IMG/VR virus record: IMGVR_UViG_2657245709_000001
Location: 1-64,000 of that record
Source: a virus
Lineage: Duplodnaviria > Caudoviricetes
Length of the DNA: 64,000 nt
Strand: one strand, 5' to 3'
The first letter of the stretch is position 1. Every line of letters starts with the position of its first letter. The notes beneath the pieces were generated by a model that saw only the letters and a program-made list of their open reading frames with translations, was not told where the DNA came from and did no database searches. Both the position numbers and the translations under genes were made by a program. Positions 46,404 through 54,622 of the stretch are shown here, piece after piece.

Positions 46404-48431
46404 TCAGACCAGCGCGGCGATCTTGGGCAGGGTGTAGCCGCGCGCGATGAGGTCAGCGGCTTCGCGGCGGCGGTCGCTCGCGGTGGACACGGACACGGAG
46501 AGGGCCTCGGCGATCTCGGCGAGTTCGACCGCGTCCGGGAGACCGCCGGCGGTGAGGATCATCCGGGCGACGCGGCGGGTGTCCCGCTCCCGCGGGGTGA
46601 GCCGGGCGGCGTCTTCCGCTTCGACGGCGCGGAGTTCCGTTTCGGCGGCGCGGCGCCGCGCTTCGACCGCGTCGAGACGCTCCGTCTCGGCAGCGCGCCG
46701 GGCTTCAGCGGCGCGCCGCTCAGACACTGCGGCATCCTCGTTGATCTTGGCGGCGCGCAGCCGTTCTTCAGCGGTCCGCGCCTCCGTTCCGACCGCGCGC
46801 CGGTCCGTTTCGGCAGCAGCGGCACGCGCTTCGGCCGCGCACCGTTCCGCGTCGGCGGCGGCCGTCAGACGGCGGCTCCGCTCCTCGGCGGCCTCCACCG
46901 CGGCCTGCTGCGCGGCGGTGACGTCCTGCTCCGTTTCGAGCGCGCGTCGGCGCGTTTCGACAGCGGCCTTGTGGGCTTCGGCGGCGGCCTTCTCGTTCTG
47001 CGCGATCTCCTGCTCGCGGCGCGCGGTTTCGGCCAGGGCGGCGAGGGTCTCCGCGTCGCTGTCGGCGGCGGCGCGGCGGGCTGCCGCCGCTTCGGCCTCG
47101 AGCCGGTCGGCCTCGGCTGTCGCGGCGGCCGCCGCGGCACGGTCCTCGGCGGCCTGCCGCGCGGCGGCGGCGGCGAGCGCCGACTCGGTGGCCTCCGCTT
47201 CCTGGATCGCGACCCGCTCCTCCGCCTCCGCGACCGCGGACGCCTTGGCGTACGCGGCGCGGGAAGCGACCGAAGCGACCGACTTCCGAGCCTCGGCCCG
47301 CTCCTCCGCTTCGGCGACCTCGGCCTGCTTGGCCAGGAGACGGATCCGGGCGTCGGCCGCGCGGATCTGGGCATCGACTGCCTCCTGCTCAGCGGTCTCC
47401 TGCTGCTGCGCCGTCTGGTCTGCCTCGGCCTGGCGGGCCTGCTCCGGGATCGCGAGCGCCTCGGCGACCGTGAGCCCGTAGCGCGCCATCGTGATCGGCA
47501 GCAGCGCCTCCTTCGGCGCGGACTTCCAGCCGCGCGGGTACCGCTCCCCCTTGGGGTAGAGGCGGTCCAGCTCCGCTCGGTAGATGAGCTGGTCACAGCG
47601 CCTGTCTACCGCTTCCTGGTAGGAGCTGATGCGCAGCAGGACCATGTCCCGGAACAGCAGGTAGGCGCCGAGCGGGTTCAGGAGCCAGCGCTCGCGCGGG
47701 ATGCTTTCCCGCGCCTCCTCACCGGCCTCGATGGCCTCGAGGCGGGTCACCTGCACGATGACCTTCCGCGCGGCCTCGACGGCGATGACGAACATCACCG
47801 GGATCACCGCGTGCATGCCGACACCGACCGGGTCCGCGGTCAGCGACCGTCCGCCGGACGCCGCGTTGAAGATGATCGTCGCGGCGGTGAAGGCGTGGGC
47901 GGTGAGGCGTACGAGGGGCCAGCGGATCCGGCGGCGGGTGAGGACGAGGTCGAGGGCGTAGAGGACGACGATGCCGACGTCGACGCCGATCGGGAAGACA
48001 GCGGCGAAGTCGCCGAAGCCTCGTTTTTCGGCCATGCGGACGAGGGCCCGGTAGGAGCCGTAGAAGCCGATCCCGGCGAGCCCGAGGCCGCCGAGGAGTG
48101 CGAGGAGGTTGAGGCCGTGGTGGGCTGCCCTCGGAACAGATTCCTGCGCGCTCGGAACGCCCGGGCGCGCGCCCGGAACGGCAACCGGTGCGCTCGGAAC
48201 GGCCCGGGTACGCGTCTTCGCACTGCGGGTGCGGCGCTGCGCGAAGGGCAGCCACGGACGGCGCTGGACGTCTGCGCTCGGAACGCCCGGGCGCGCGCTC
48301 GGAATGGTGGGCGGTGCGCTCGGAACGCCCGGGCGCGCGGTCGGAATGGTGGGCGGTGCGCTCGGAACGGCGGCGGGTGTGCCCGGGGCGGGGCGGCGGC
48401 GCCGGGTCACGAAGCGCGGCAGGAGGGGCAT
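46404..48431 (-). CDS. DUF2637-type (plasmid spread, Spd-like) membrane protein with long coiled coil and terminal HTH (675 aa)
   Basis: ATG at 48431 with GGAAGG RBS. GFYGSY...FPIGVD...TIIFN...HAVIP 4-TM domain, Ala/Glu/Arg coiled coil, then LAEIAEALSVSVSTASDRR. Confidence 0.8.
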   Translation of the reverse strand: MPLLPRFVTRRRRPAPGTPAAVPSAPPTIPTARPGVPSAPPTIPSARPGVPSADVQRRPWLPFAQRRTRSAKTRTRAVPSAPVAVPGARPGVPSAQESVPRAAHHGLNLLALLGGLGLAGIGFYGSYRALVRMAEKRGFGDFAAVFPIGVDVGIVVLYALDLVLTRRRIRWPLVRLTAHAFTAATIIFNAASGGRSLTADPVGVGMHAVIPVMFVIAVEAARKVIVQVTRLEAIEAGEEARESIPRERWLLNPLGAYLLFRDMVLLRISSYQEAVDRRCDQLIYRAELDRLYPKGERYPRGWKSAPKEALLPITMARYGLTVAEALAIPEQARQAEADQTAQQQETAEQEAVDAQIRAADARIRLLAKQAEVAEAEERAEARKSVASVASRAAYAKASAVAEAEERVAIQEAEATESALAAAAARQAAEDRAAAAAATAEADRLEAEAAAARRAAADSDAETLAALAETARREQEIAQNEKAAAEAHKAAVETRRRALETEQDVTAAQQAAVEAAEERSRRLTAAADAERCAAEARAAAAETDRRAVGTEARTAEERLRAAKINEDAAVSERRAAEARRAAETERLDAVEARRRAAETELRAVEAEDAARLTPRERDTRRVARMILTAGGLPDAVELAEIAEALSVSVSTASDRRREAADLIARGYTLPKIAALV

Positions 48432-48495
48432 CAGCGGGGGCCTTCCAGGAGCGAACCGAGCGGCTTCGGGCGGGCAGACCGACGCCCTCGGAACG
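48130..48495. repeat. Ten copies of CTCGGAA(C/T)G-like motif in 21-bp phase
   Basis: Copies at 48130, 48151, 48172, 48193, 48277, 48298, 48319, 48340, 48361 and 48487. All offsets are multiples of 21. Confidence 0.85.
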
Positions 48496-48517
48496 GGGCG
48501 TCGGCCGGTGGGGCGGG

Positions 48518-48871
48518 TCAGTAGCGGTCGCCGACGTGGGTCCGGCGCCAACGGGAGCTGCTGACGCAGACCGTGGTGCCGGTGTCGAGCAGGAGCTGCC
48601 AGCACTCGGCGGTGCGGTGCGGTACACGGCGGGTTCCGGCGGGTACCTGGCGGCACGTGCGGACGGTTGTGGTCTTCCGCAGGCGGTGCTTGGTCTGGGT
48701 GGTGCACACGCTGCGGTTGCGGCGTTCGCTGGTCCACGTGGTGTGCGCCGCGGTGTGCGTCTTCTCGACGACCCGGCCGTGCGCCGGGCTGCTGGAGTGG
48801 CCCGGCGTGCAAGCGGTGAGCGCGACGGCGAGCACGACCGCGGCCGCCGCGCCCCGCGCGGCCCTGTTCAT
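48518..48871 (-). CDS. Basic lipoprotein (117 aa)
   Basis: ATG at 48871, ATGA-coupled. Lipobox LTAC; Arg/Thr-rich with four further Cys. Confidence 0.75.
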   Translation of the reverse strand: MNRAARGAAAAVVLAVALTACTPGHSSSPAHGRVVEKTHTAAHTTWTSERRNRSVCTTQTKHRLRKTTTVRTCRQVPAGTRRVPHRTAECWQLLLDTGTTVCVSSSRWRRTHVGDRY

Positions 48872-49242
48872 TCCTGCCCTCCGGAGGGCAGGAACTTGGT
48901 CGCGGTCGCATGGACCGTCAGCCCGTCGACGACGCTGCGGACATCGACGTAAAGCGAACTGGAGCTGAAGGGCGTCTCCGCGACGGGGGCGCCCCAGTGC
49001 TCCGCCCACTGCCGGACGTCCTCCGGGCTCTCACAGAGGATCTGGATCCAGCTCGAGTCGCCGGGCTTCTCTCGGCTCCCGAAGTGGACGTCGACCGAGG
49101 AGGGAAGGGGCAGATGAGTGGGGAGCGAGGGGATGAGGGCGCGCGCTCGCTGGCCGAAGCGGAACGCGGCAGCCTCGACCTGGTCGACGCCGTGCTGGAG
49201 CTGCGACTCGATTGCGGCCCATCCGGGTCCGGGGCTGGTCAC
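48868..49242 (-). CDS. Hypothetical protein (124 aa)
   Basis: GTGA/ATGA-coupled on both sides. Confidence 0.7.
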   Translation of the reverse strand: MTSPGPGWAAIESQLQHGVDQVEAAAFRFGQRARALIPSLPTHLPLPSSVDVHFGSREKPGDSSWIQILCESPEDVRQWAEHWGAPVAETPFSSSSLYVDVRSVVDGLTVHATATKFLPSGGQE

Positions 49243-49814
49243 AGGTCACCGTCCAGCTCGGCGCGCTGGTCGGCGGCGGCGAGGGTCTCACCGGCGCGGG
49301 CCAGGGCGTTGGAGACGCAGGTGGGGGTGCAGTACCAGCGGTAGACGTCGTCGGTGCCGGCGACCAGGAGCCGGGTCCAGCCGAACATGTCGACGGGGTC
49401 GAAGTCGTGGTCGGTCCCGCAGCCGCGGGTGGGGCAGACGGCGGCGAGGTCGCGGAGCTCCACGTCGAGGAGCGACGCGAGCCGGACCCGCTCCTCCGGC
49501 AGGATCTCGACGTTCACAGCGATGCCGGCGTCGCTGGCGCACCTGATGACGGCCCTTTCTGTGAGCGCGGTCCCGTCCGGGTAGTCGACGCTGCCCGCCC
49601 AGTCGAGGTTGAGGGCGACGGGTGTGGAGGACTGCGCCCACTGGCGCAGATGGAGGACAGCGTCGCCGCGGCCGGGGTCAAGCTCCCAGTCCTGCGGGAG
49701 GCTCTCGATCTGGTTGGCGGCGTCGGAGAGGACGCCGAGCCGAACGGCGCTGCCGAGGATCTTCCGCAGGGCCCGGTGACGGGCGGTGAAGAGGTGTTCG
49801 GGCGTGTGCTTCAC
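49239..49814 (-). CDS. Hypothetical protein with C-terminal Cys motif (191 aa)
   Basis: GGGAG RBS. CPTRGC...YCTPTC. Confidence 0.7.
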   Translation of the reverse strand: MKHTPEHLFTARHRALRKILGSAVRLGVLSDAANQIESLPQDWELDPGRGDAVLHLRQWAQSSTPVALNLDWAGSVDYPDGTALTERAVIRCASDAGIAVNVEILPEERVRLASLLDVELRDLAAVCPTRGCGTDHDFDPVDMFGWTRLLVAGTDDVYRWYCTPTCVSNALARAGETLAAADQRAELDGDL

Positions 49815-49836
49815 GATCTGGTGCTCCCTGTCTGGG

Positions 49837-51201
49837 TCAGCGTCGCCGGAGAGCGAGCTGGAGGGTCGTTTCGTTGTCGGCGTGGGGGTCCAGGAGCTTC
49901 GCGACGGGCGGCAGTTGCTGGGTTGCGTCAGGGGCCGGGCGCGGGGCGGGGAGGGTGGGGCCGGCGTGAGCGTTGCCGCGGGTGACCCATCCGCGGTCGC
50001 GGAGCTTGGCGACGGCCCAGTACTTCGCCGGGTAGATCACGGCGACCTTGACGATGAGCTCGACCGGGGTGGCCCACAGCCACGTGAGCAGCTTGGTGGT
50101 CCAGTGCATGTGCGGCCGGCGGATCATGTACTGGGCGGTCTCGGCGTACCGGATGGCGAGGTAAGAGCCGAAGGCGATGGCCACGTACTCGGGGGCGGTG
50201 TGGAAGAAGACGCCGGACGCGGTCATGGTGAGCAGGACCGGCAGCATGATCCACTGGGTGACGGCGAGGAGGGGGAAGAGGAGCTTCTTCCACTCCAGGT
50301 TGATCACCGCGAACGGCAGAGCCTGCCAGGACGACTTGCCCCAGCGGAGACGCTGTTTGAAGAGGCCGCCCAGACTGTCGGGCATCGCGGAGTGGACGAC
50401 GGCGTCGTTGACGACGACGACGTCTCCCCGCAGCAGCGCATACATGGTGAGGCGGCGGTCGTCGCCGTTGGTGCCGGAGGACACGTAGTCGGCCAAGTTG
50501 TCGAAGACCACGTGGGCCCGGTAGAGGGCCAGAGCGCCGGAGGTGGTCTCCACGGCACCCAGGACGGACCGGGACGAGCGGATCATCAGGCAGGACGTGC
50601 CGATGTTCAGGTCCGAGATCCGGGTGATCCAGTTGTCGGCGAAGTTCCGGGTCAGGATCAGGCCCGTCGCCGCCATGACGCGCCGCTTCGACATGGCGCG
50701 CATGAGGTGCTCGAGGGCGTCGTCCCCGGGCACGGAGTCGGAGTCGACGGTGAGGATGAAGTCCCAGTCCTGGCGGCGCAGCGTCTGCAGGACGCCGGCC
50801 TGCGCGCAGCGCTTACCGCCGTTGGGTTGCCGGTGCCAGCGGATCTTCGGGTGTGGAAACGGGCGGACCGGGGCCTTTGCGGAGCCGTCGTCCATGACGT
50901 GGATCTCGGTGACGGGGTAGGTCTGCCGCAGCAGCGCGTCGAGCGCGGCGCGCAGCAGCTCGGGTTCTTCCTCGAAGGCGGGGACGATCGCGACGACCCG
51001 CCCGGTCGCGATGCGGCGCCGCGACCAGTGCGAGTTGACCTCGAGGGAGGAGATGTAGAAGGTGATGAGCCCTGCGTCGAACAAGTACAGGGCGGTCAGG
51101 AAGTGCCGGTCGCTGTCGCCGATGGCGAGGTGGTAGGTGGCCGCCCAGGCGGCCACCCCCACCGCGCCAAAGACGCAGGCGGCGAGCCTGCTGTACCTCA
51201 T
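49837..51201 (-). CDS. Processive GT2 polysaccharide synthase, hyaluronan synthase (HasA)/NodC-like (454 aa)
   Basis: Two N-terminal and about 3-4 C-terminal TM helices. Motifs DDGS, GKRCAQ, LTVDSD, SGALALYR, GDDRRLT and QRLRWGKS. Confidence 0.92.
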   Translation of the reverse strand: MRYSRLAACVFGAVGVAAWAATYHLAIGDSDRHFLTALYLFDAGLITFYISSLEVNSHWSRRRIATGRVVAIVPAFEEEPELLRAALDALLRQTYPVTEIHVMDDGSAKAPVRPFPHPKIRWHRQPNGGKRCAQAGVLQTLRRQDWDFILTVDSDSVPGDDALEHLMRAMSKRRVMAATGLILTRNFADNWITRISDLNIGTSCLMIRSSRSVLGAVETTSGALALYRAHVVFDNLADYVSSGTNGDDRRLTMYALLRGDVVVVNDAVVHSAMPDSLGGLFKQRLRWGKSSWQALPFAVINLEWKKLLFPLLAVTQWIMLPVLLTMTASGVFFHTAPEYVAIAFGSYLAIRYAETAQYMIRRPHMHWTTKLLTWLWATPVELIVKVAVIYPAKYWAVAKLRDRGWVTRGNAHAGPTLPAPRPAPDATQQLPPVAKLLDPHADNETTLQLALRRR

Positions 51202-51359
51202 CAGCCCGCGTACCTCTTTCCGCGGTTCGCGGCGCGGTAGATCAACGCACCGCCCACGACGAGCGCGATGATCGCGGCAATGGTCCAGCTGAATGCCGCG
51301 GTGCCTCCGAAGAGCGCGACGGACGCGCCGGTCTTCGCGAGGGTTCCTCTCCCGTACAT
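51201..51359 (-). CDS. Unannotated 52-aa peptide resembling a bare LAXTG sortase sorting signal
   Basis: AGGAG RBS, ATG at 51359. Translates as MYGRGTLAKTGASVALFGGTAAFSWTIAAIIALVVGGALIYRAANRGKRYAG; the stop is coupled to the synthase ATG (TGATG). Confidence 0.85.
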   Translation of the reverse strand: MYGRGTLAKTGASVALFGGTAAFSWTIAAIIALVVGGALIYRAANRGKRYAG

Positions 51360-51386
51360 GACCTGTTTCTCCTGTGAGTTGGGCGG

Positions 51387-52637
51387 CTAGAGCCGCTCGA
51401 TGTGCGGGGCGACGGGCATGACGCCCCGCGTGTCCAGCACGTAGGCCGACCCGTCGGCGACGCGCTGGAGGTCGAACTCGTCGTGCGGTGTGAGCAGCAC
51501 GACGGCGTCGTAGTGGCTCAGGTCGTCCGGCACCCGCGAGCCGGTGATCCCCACGTAGTTGGGCATCGGGCTCGGGTCGATGACGGTGACGAGCGCTCCC
51601 TTCGCAGTGAGGCGCCTGATGACCTCGAGCGCCGGGGACTGGCGCATGTCGGCGGTGCCGGGCTTGTAGGCCGCGCCGAGCGCGAGGATCCGGGCTCCGA
51701 ACATGCCCAGGTGGTGGCGCTGGTTGATGCCGTCCTGAAGGCGCTGGACCACGTAGTCGGGCTGGACGCTGTTGATGTCCTGGGCGAGCTCGACGAGGCG
51801 GACGGCGTGGCCGTGGCGGGTGCGGGCGTGGTGGGTGAGGTAGACGGGATCAACCGGCAGGCAGTGCCCCCCGACGCCCGGCCCCGGCAGGAACTTGGCG
51901 AACCCGAACGGCTTGGTGCCCGCCAAGTCGAGGGTGCGCCAGACGTCGGCGCCCAGGACGTGCGCGAGCTGGGCGAGTTCGTTGACGAGGGCGATGTTGA
52001 CGTGCCGGAACGTGTTCTCGAAGACCTTCGCGAGCTCGGCTTCCTCGAGGGTCTCGGCGAGGACGGTGCATTGGGTGATCCCGGCGTAGAAACGCTCGGC
52101 CAGGTCGCGGCAGCCGCGGGTGAGTCCGGACACGATCTTCGGGGTGTTCCCGAACGTCCACGCCGGATTGCCGGGGTCGATCCGCTCGGGGCTGAAGCCG
52201 ACGTGGAAGTCCTCACCGGCGGTCCATCCGGTGGCCTTCTCCAGGATCGGGACGACGATGTCGCGGGTGGTGCCCGGGTACGTCGTGGACTCCAGCACGA
52301 CCAGCGCACCGGCCTGCAGGTGTGCGGCGAGGGTGCGGGTCGCGTTCTCGACGAAGGACAGATCGGGCTGGCCGTTGGCGAGGGGCGTGGGCACGGTGAT
52401 GACGGCGACGTCGTAGTCGGCGAGCTCTGCCGGGTGGCGGGTGGGCTCGTAGCGGCCGGTCAGCAGAGCTCCGGCCAGCGCCTGGTCGTCGACGTCGTCG
52501 ACGTACGACTTGCCGTTCATGAGGTGGAGCAGTCGCTCCTCGGCGGGTTCGAACCCGATGACGGTGTGGCCGGCGGTGACGGCGGCCATGGCGAGGGGCA
52601 GGCCGACGTAGCCCTGCCCCATCACGGCGATCTTCAC
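51387..52637 (-). CDS. Nucleotide-sugar 6-dehydrogenase, UDP-N-acetylhexosamine (WbpA/WecC/TviB) type (416 aa)
   Basis: GQGYVG, TVPTP, ESTTYPGTT, SPERIDPG, KVFENTFR, GPGVGGHCLPVDP and AYKPG. Confidence 0.95.
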   Translation of the reverse strand: MKIAVMGQGYVGLPLAMAAVTAGHTVIGFEPAEERLLHLMNGKSYVDDVDDQALAGALLTGRYEPTRHPAELADYDVAVITVPTPLANGQPDLSFVENATRTLAAHLQAGALVVLESTTYPGTTRDIVVPILEKATGWTAGEDFHVGFSPERIDPGNPAWTFGNTPKIVSGLTRGCRDLAERFYAGITQCTVLAETLEEAELAKVFENTFRHVNIALVNELAQLAHVLGADVWRTLDLAGTKPFGFAKFLPGPGVGGHCLPVDPVYLTHHARTRHGHAVRLVELAQDINSVQPDYVVQRLQDGINQRHHLGMFGARILALGAAYKPGTADMRQSPALEVIRRLTAKGALVTVIDPSPMPNYVGITGSRVPDDLSHYDAVVLLTPHDEFDLQRVADGSAYVLDTRGVMPVAPHIERL

Positions 52638-52687
52638 GAGTGGAGGTCCTTCCAGATACCGGAAGCTGGGGTCAGCGGAGGCGGGGC

Positions 52688-52921
52688 CTAGACGTGTCCG
52701 GTCGAGGGCGCCCAGTCGGCGGCGTGCTTCCGGGCGGGGCAGGGGCTGTTCCCCGGGAGAAGCCCCTCGCGGATTCCGGACTCTCCGGTCGTCTCGCGCT
52801 GCTGCTGGGCCGTGCGCGAGTTCCGGAGGTCGGCGGCGCAGCGCGCCAGGAGCTCGGGGGCCGTGGCGCCCAGGTCCTCGACGACGTCGGTGAGGTCGAC
52901 GGGTCCCAGGTCGCGGCTCAC
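52688..52921 (-). CDS. Hypothetical protein (77 aa)
   Basis: GTGA-coupled to the upstream gene. Confidence 0.55.
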   Translation of the reverse strand: MSRDLGPVDLTDVVEDLGATAPELLARCAADLRNSRTAQQQRETTGESGIREGLLPGNSPCPARKHAADWAPSTGHV

Positions 52922-53256
52922 TGCGCCACCGCCAGCGTGCGCAGCCGCGCCGCGTACTCGGCGATCGTTCCGTCCACCGGGGGCAGCGCCTGTGTGACGA
53001 GCGGGCCGACGAGGGCTCGGTGGTCGTAGGACACGGCGGGCAGGAGGCTGCCGATGATGCTGGGGGTGAGGGTGGCGAGGTAGCCGCTGGTCATGCAGGG
53101 CTGCCAGGTGCCGCCGAGGGGGTGCTGGCGGGTGGCGAGCTGGGCGAGCCGACCGGCGAGGGCGATGAAGGCGCGGGCGGTGGTGGTGCGGCGCCAGGTG
53201 GAGTCGTCGTGGGGTGCGGGCCCGTTGCCGGTGGTGTGGTCGGTACGGTTGGGCAT
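52918..53256 (-). CDS. Hypothetical protein (112 aa), first gene of the leftward operon
   Basis: ATG at 53256 with GAAAGGG RBS. Confidence 0.65.
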   Translation of the reverse strand: MPNRTDHTTGNGPAPHDDSTWRRTTTARAFIALAGRLAQLATRQHPLGGTWQPCMTSGYLATLTPSIIGSLLPAVSYDHRALVGPLVTQALPPVDGTIAEYAARLRTLAVAQ

Positions 53257-53348
53257 GTCTGCCCTTTCGTCGCTGTCAGGGTGGACGCCCCCCGTCCCAA
53301 TGGGCATGCAGGCCCGGGTCGGGGGGCTTTGTGCATCAGCAGCCATCG

Positions 53349-53396
53349 GGCTGCTTCCGCCACTGTATGGCATGCCATACGCTTGCGGAAGCGGCC
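53349..53396. promoter_or_regulatory. Nested palindromic operator in a divergent promoter region
   Basis: Perfect 16-bp core GTATGGCATGCCATAC (53365-53380) with symmetric outer arms GCTTCCGC / GCGGAAGC. Confidence 0.75.
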
Positions 53397-53418
53397 TGCC
53401 CAAATCCCGAAGGAGCAG

Positions 53419-53745
53419 GTGTTGATCGAGGAGGAGGTCCAGCGGGTGGTCGACGCGGTGAACGCAGTGAGGGTCATCGAGGATCCCGAACGCCGGGGGC
53501 GAGCCATCACCCAGCTCCTCAAGGCGCAGTCCGAGGGGGAGCCGGACCTGCGCGAAGAGCGCCGCCGAATCGTGCTCGACTGGCGCGCGGAGGTTCCGCC
53601 CGTGTCTTTCCGTGTGATCGCGACGCGCCTCGGTGTGTCCCTGGGCACGGTGCAGGACATCGTGCGCGGACATTCCGGCCCCTGGGGCAACCGGAGGAAG
53701 CCGAAAAAGGGGGAGGCGGAACCCGAGGCGCCCGAAGGCGCCTGA
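53419..53745 (+). CDS. Small HTH repressor (about 108 aa)
   Basis: AAGGAG RBS; GTG 53419 or TTG 53422. SFRVIATRLGVSLGTVQDIVRG HTH. Confidence 0.82.
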   Translation: MLIEEEVQRVVDAVNAVRVIEDPERRGRAITQLLKAQSEGEPDLREERRRIVLDWRAEVPPVSFRVIATRLGVSLGTVQDIVRGHSGPWGNRRKPKKGEAEPEAPEGA

Positions 53746-53811
53746 CCCCCCGCCGGGTTTGCCGCAGGCGGGGGATCCGTGTGGCCTCCCGTGGGGAGCC
53801 GGGAGGCGCGG

Positions 53812-53844
53812 CGGGTCCTGCCGCCATCAGTGCGGCAGGACCCG
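53812..53844. terminator. Hairpin between convergent genes
   Basis: 13-bp perfect stem CGGGTCCTGCCGC / GCGGCAGGACCCG. Confidence 0.6.
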
Positions 53845-54090
53845 ACTTGGGGGCTTCACCTGGGGGGCTCAACCACCAGGACCACCATGCACCACAAATC
53901 GGCCACACCGATAGACGTCGGCCGAAACTAACTCCCCGAGTGCCGGAGGCGGCCCCCCTTCAGCTCGCCGAGCGCGGGCCGACAGCCGACTCCTCCGTCC
54001 CGCCGCCGCGAGGACGTCACCCAGCCGCGCGAAGCGGCCGGGCAGCACCACAAGGTGTTCGGGTGCCCAGGACGTACGGCCGATAGGTAG

Positions 54091-54456
54091 TCAGGCGTCG
54101 GAGGCGGACGGTGAGGTCTCGTCTCCCGAGCGCGACTGGAGATCTTGTGTAAGCACCCATGCCTCGTGCTCCTGGCGGGCGTAGCTGCGGGGGTGGTCCG
54201 TCCAGCGGAGGTCCCCGGCCGGGATGGGCCCGCGGCTGGTGCCGTGGGCCAGGTCGTGAGCGAGGAGCGCGCGGGCGTACGTGTCGGCGTCGACGAGCTG
54301 CTGTGCGGCCTCGTCGGGATCGAGTGGGCTGTCCGCCAGGCGGTCGATGACGGCGGCGCGGCGGACCAGGAACTCGCGGGTGCGGTCTTCGCCGTCCGGC
54401 TCGGCAGAGGCGAGGTGGAGGCGCTGTACCTCGTAGATCTCGGATAGCAGGTCCAT
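54091..54456 (-). CDS. Hypothetical protein (121 aa)
   Basis: ATG at 54456. LVRRAAVIDR...GPIP...W...RSYARQE. Confidence 0.65.
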   Translation of the reverse strand: MDLLSEIYEVQRLHLASAEPDGEDRTREFLVRRAAVIDRLADSPLDPDEAAQQLVDADTYARALLAHDLAHGTSRGPIPAGDLRWTDHPRSYARQEHEAWVLTQDLQSRSGDETSPSASDA

Positions 54457-54622
54457 GCTGTCACTGTCGCCGTGACGTGGACCCGGCGGGGCGGGGTCCT
54501 TCCGCCTTGTCTGAATTGGGGTGGCGGGTGGCCTGTTGCGGTAGATGGCGGGGTTCTTCGTCACCCAGCCCGGGCCGCGGTCACCGTTCTCGAGGGGATG
54601 CTCGGCATCTGCTCGTAGCGGG

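Noticed and set aside
49837-52637. Gene symbols hasA/hasB
   Set aside because: The dehydrogenase motifs fit the UDP-HexNAc class, and the polymer identity is unproven.
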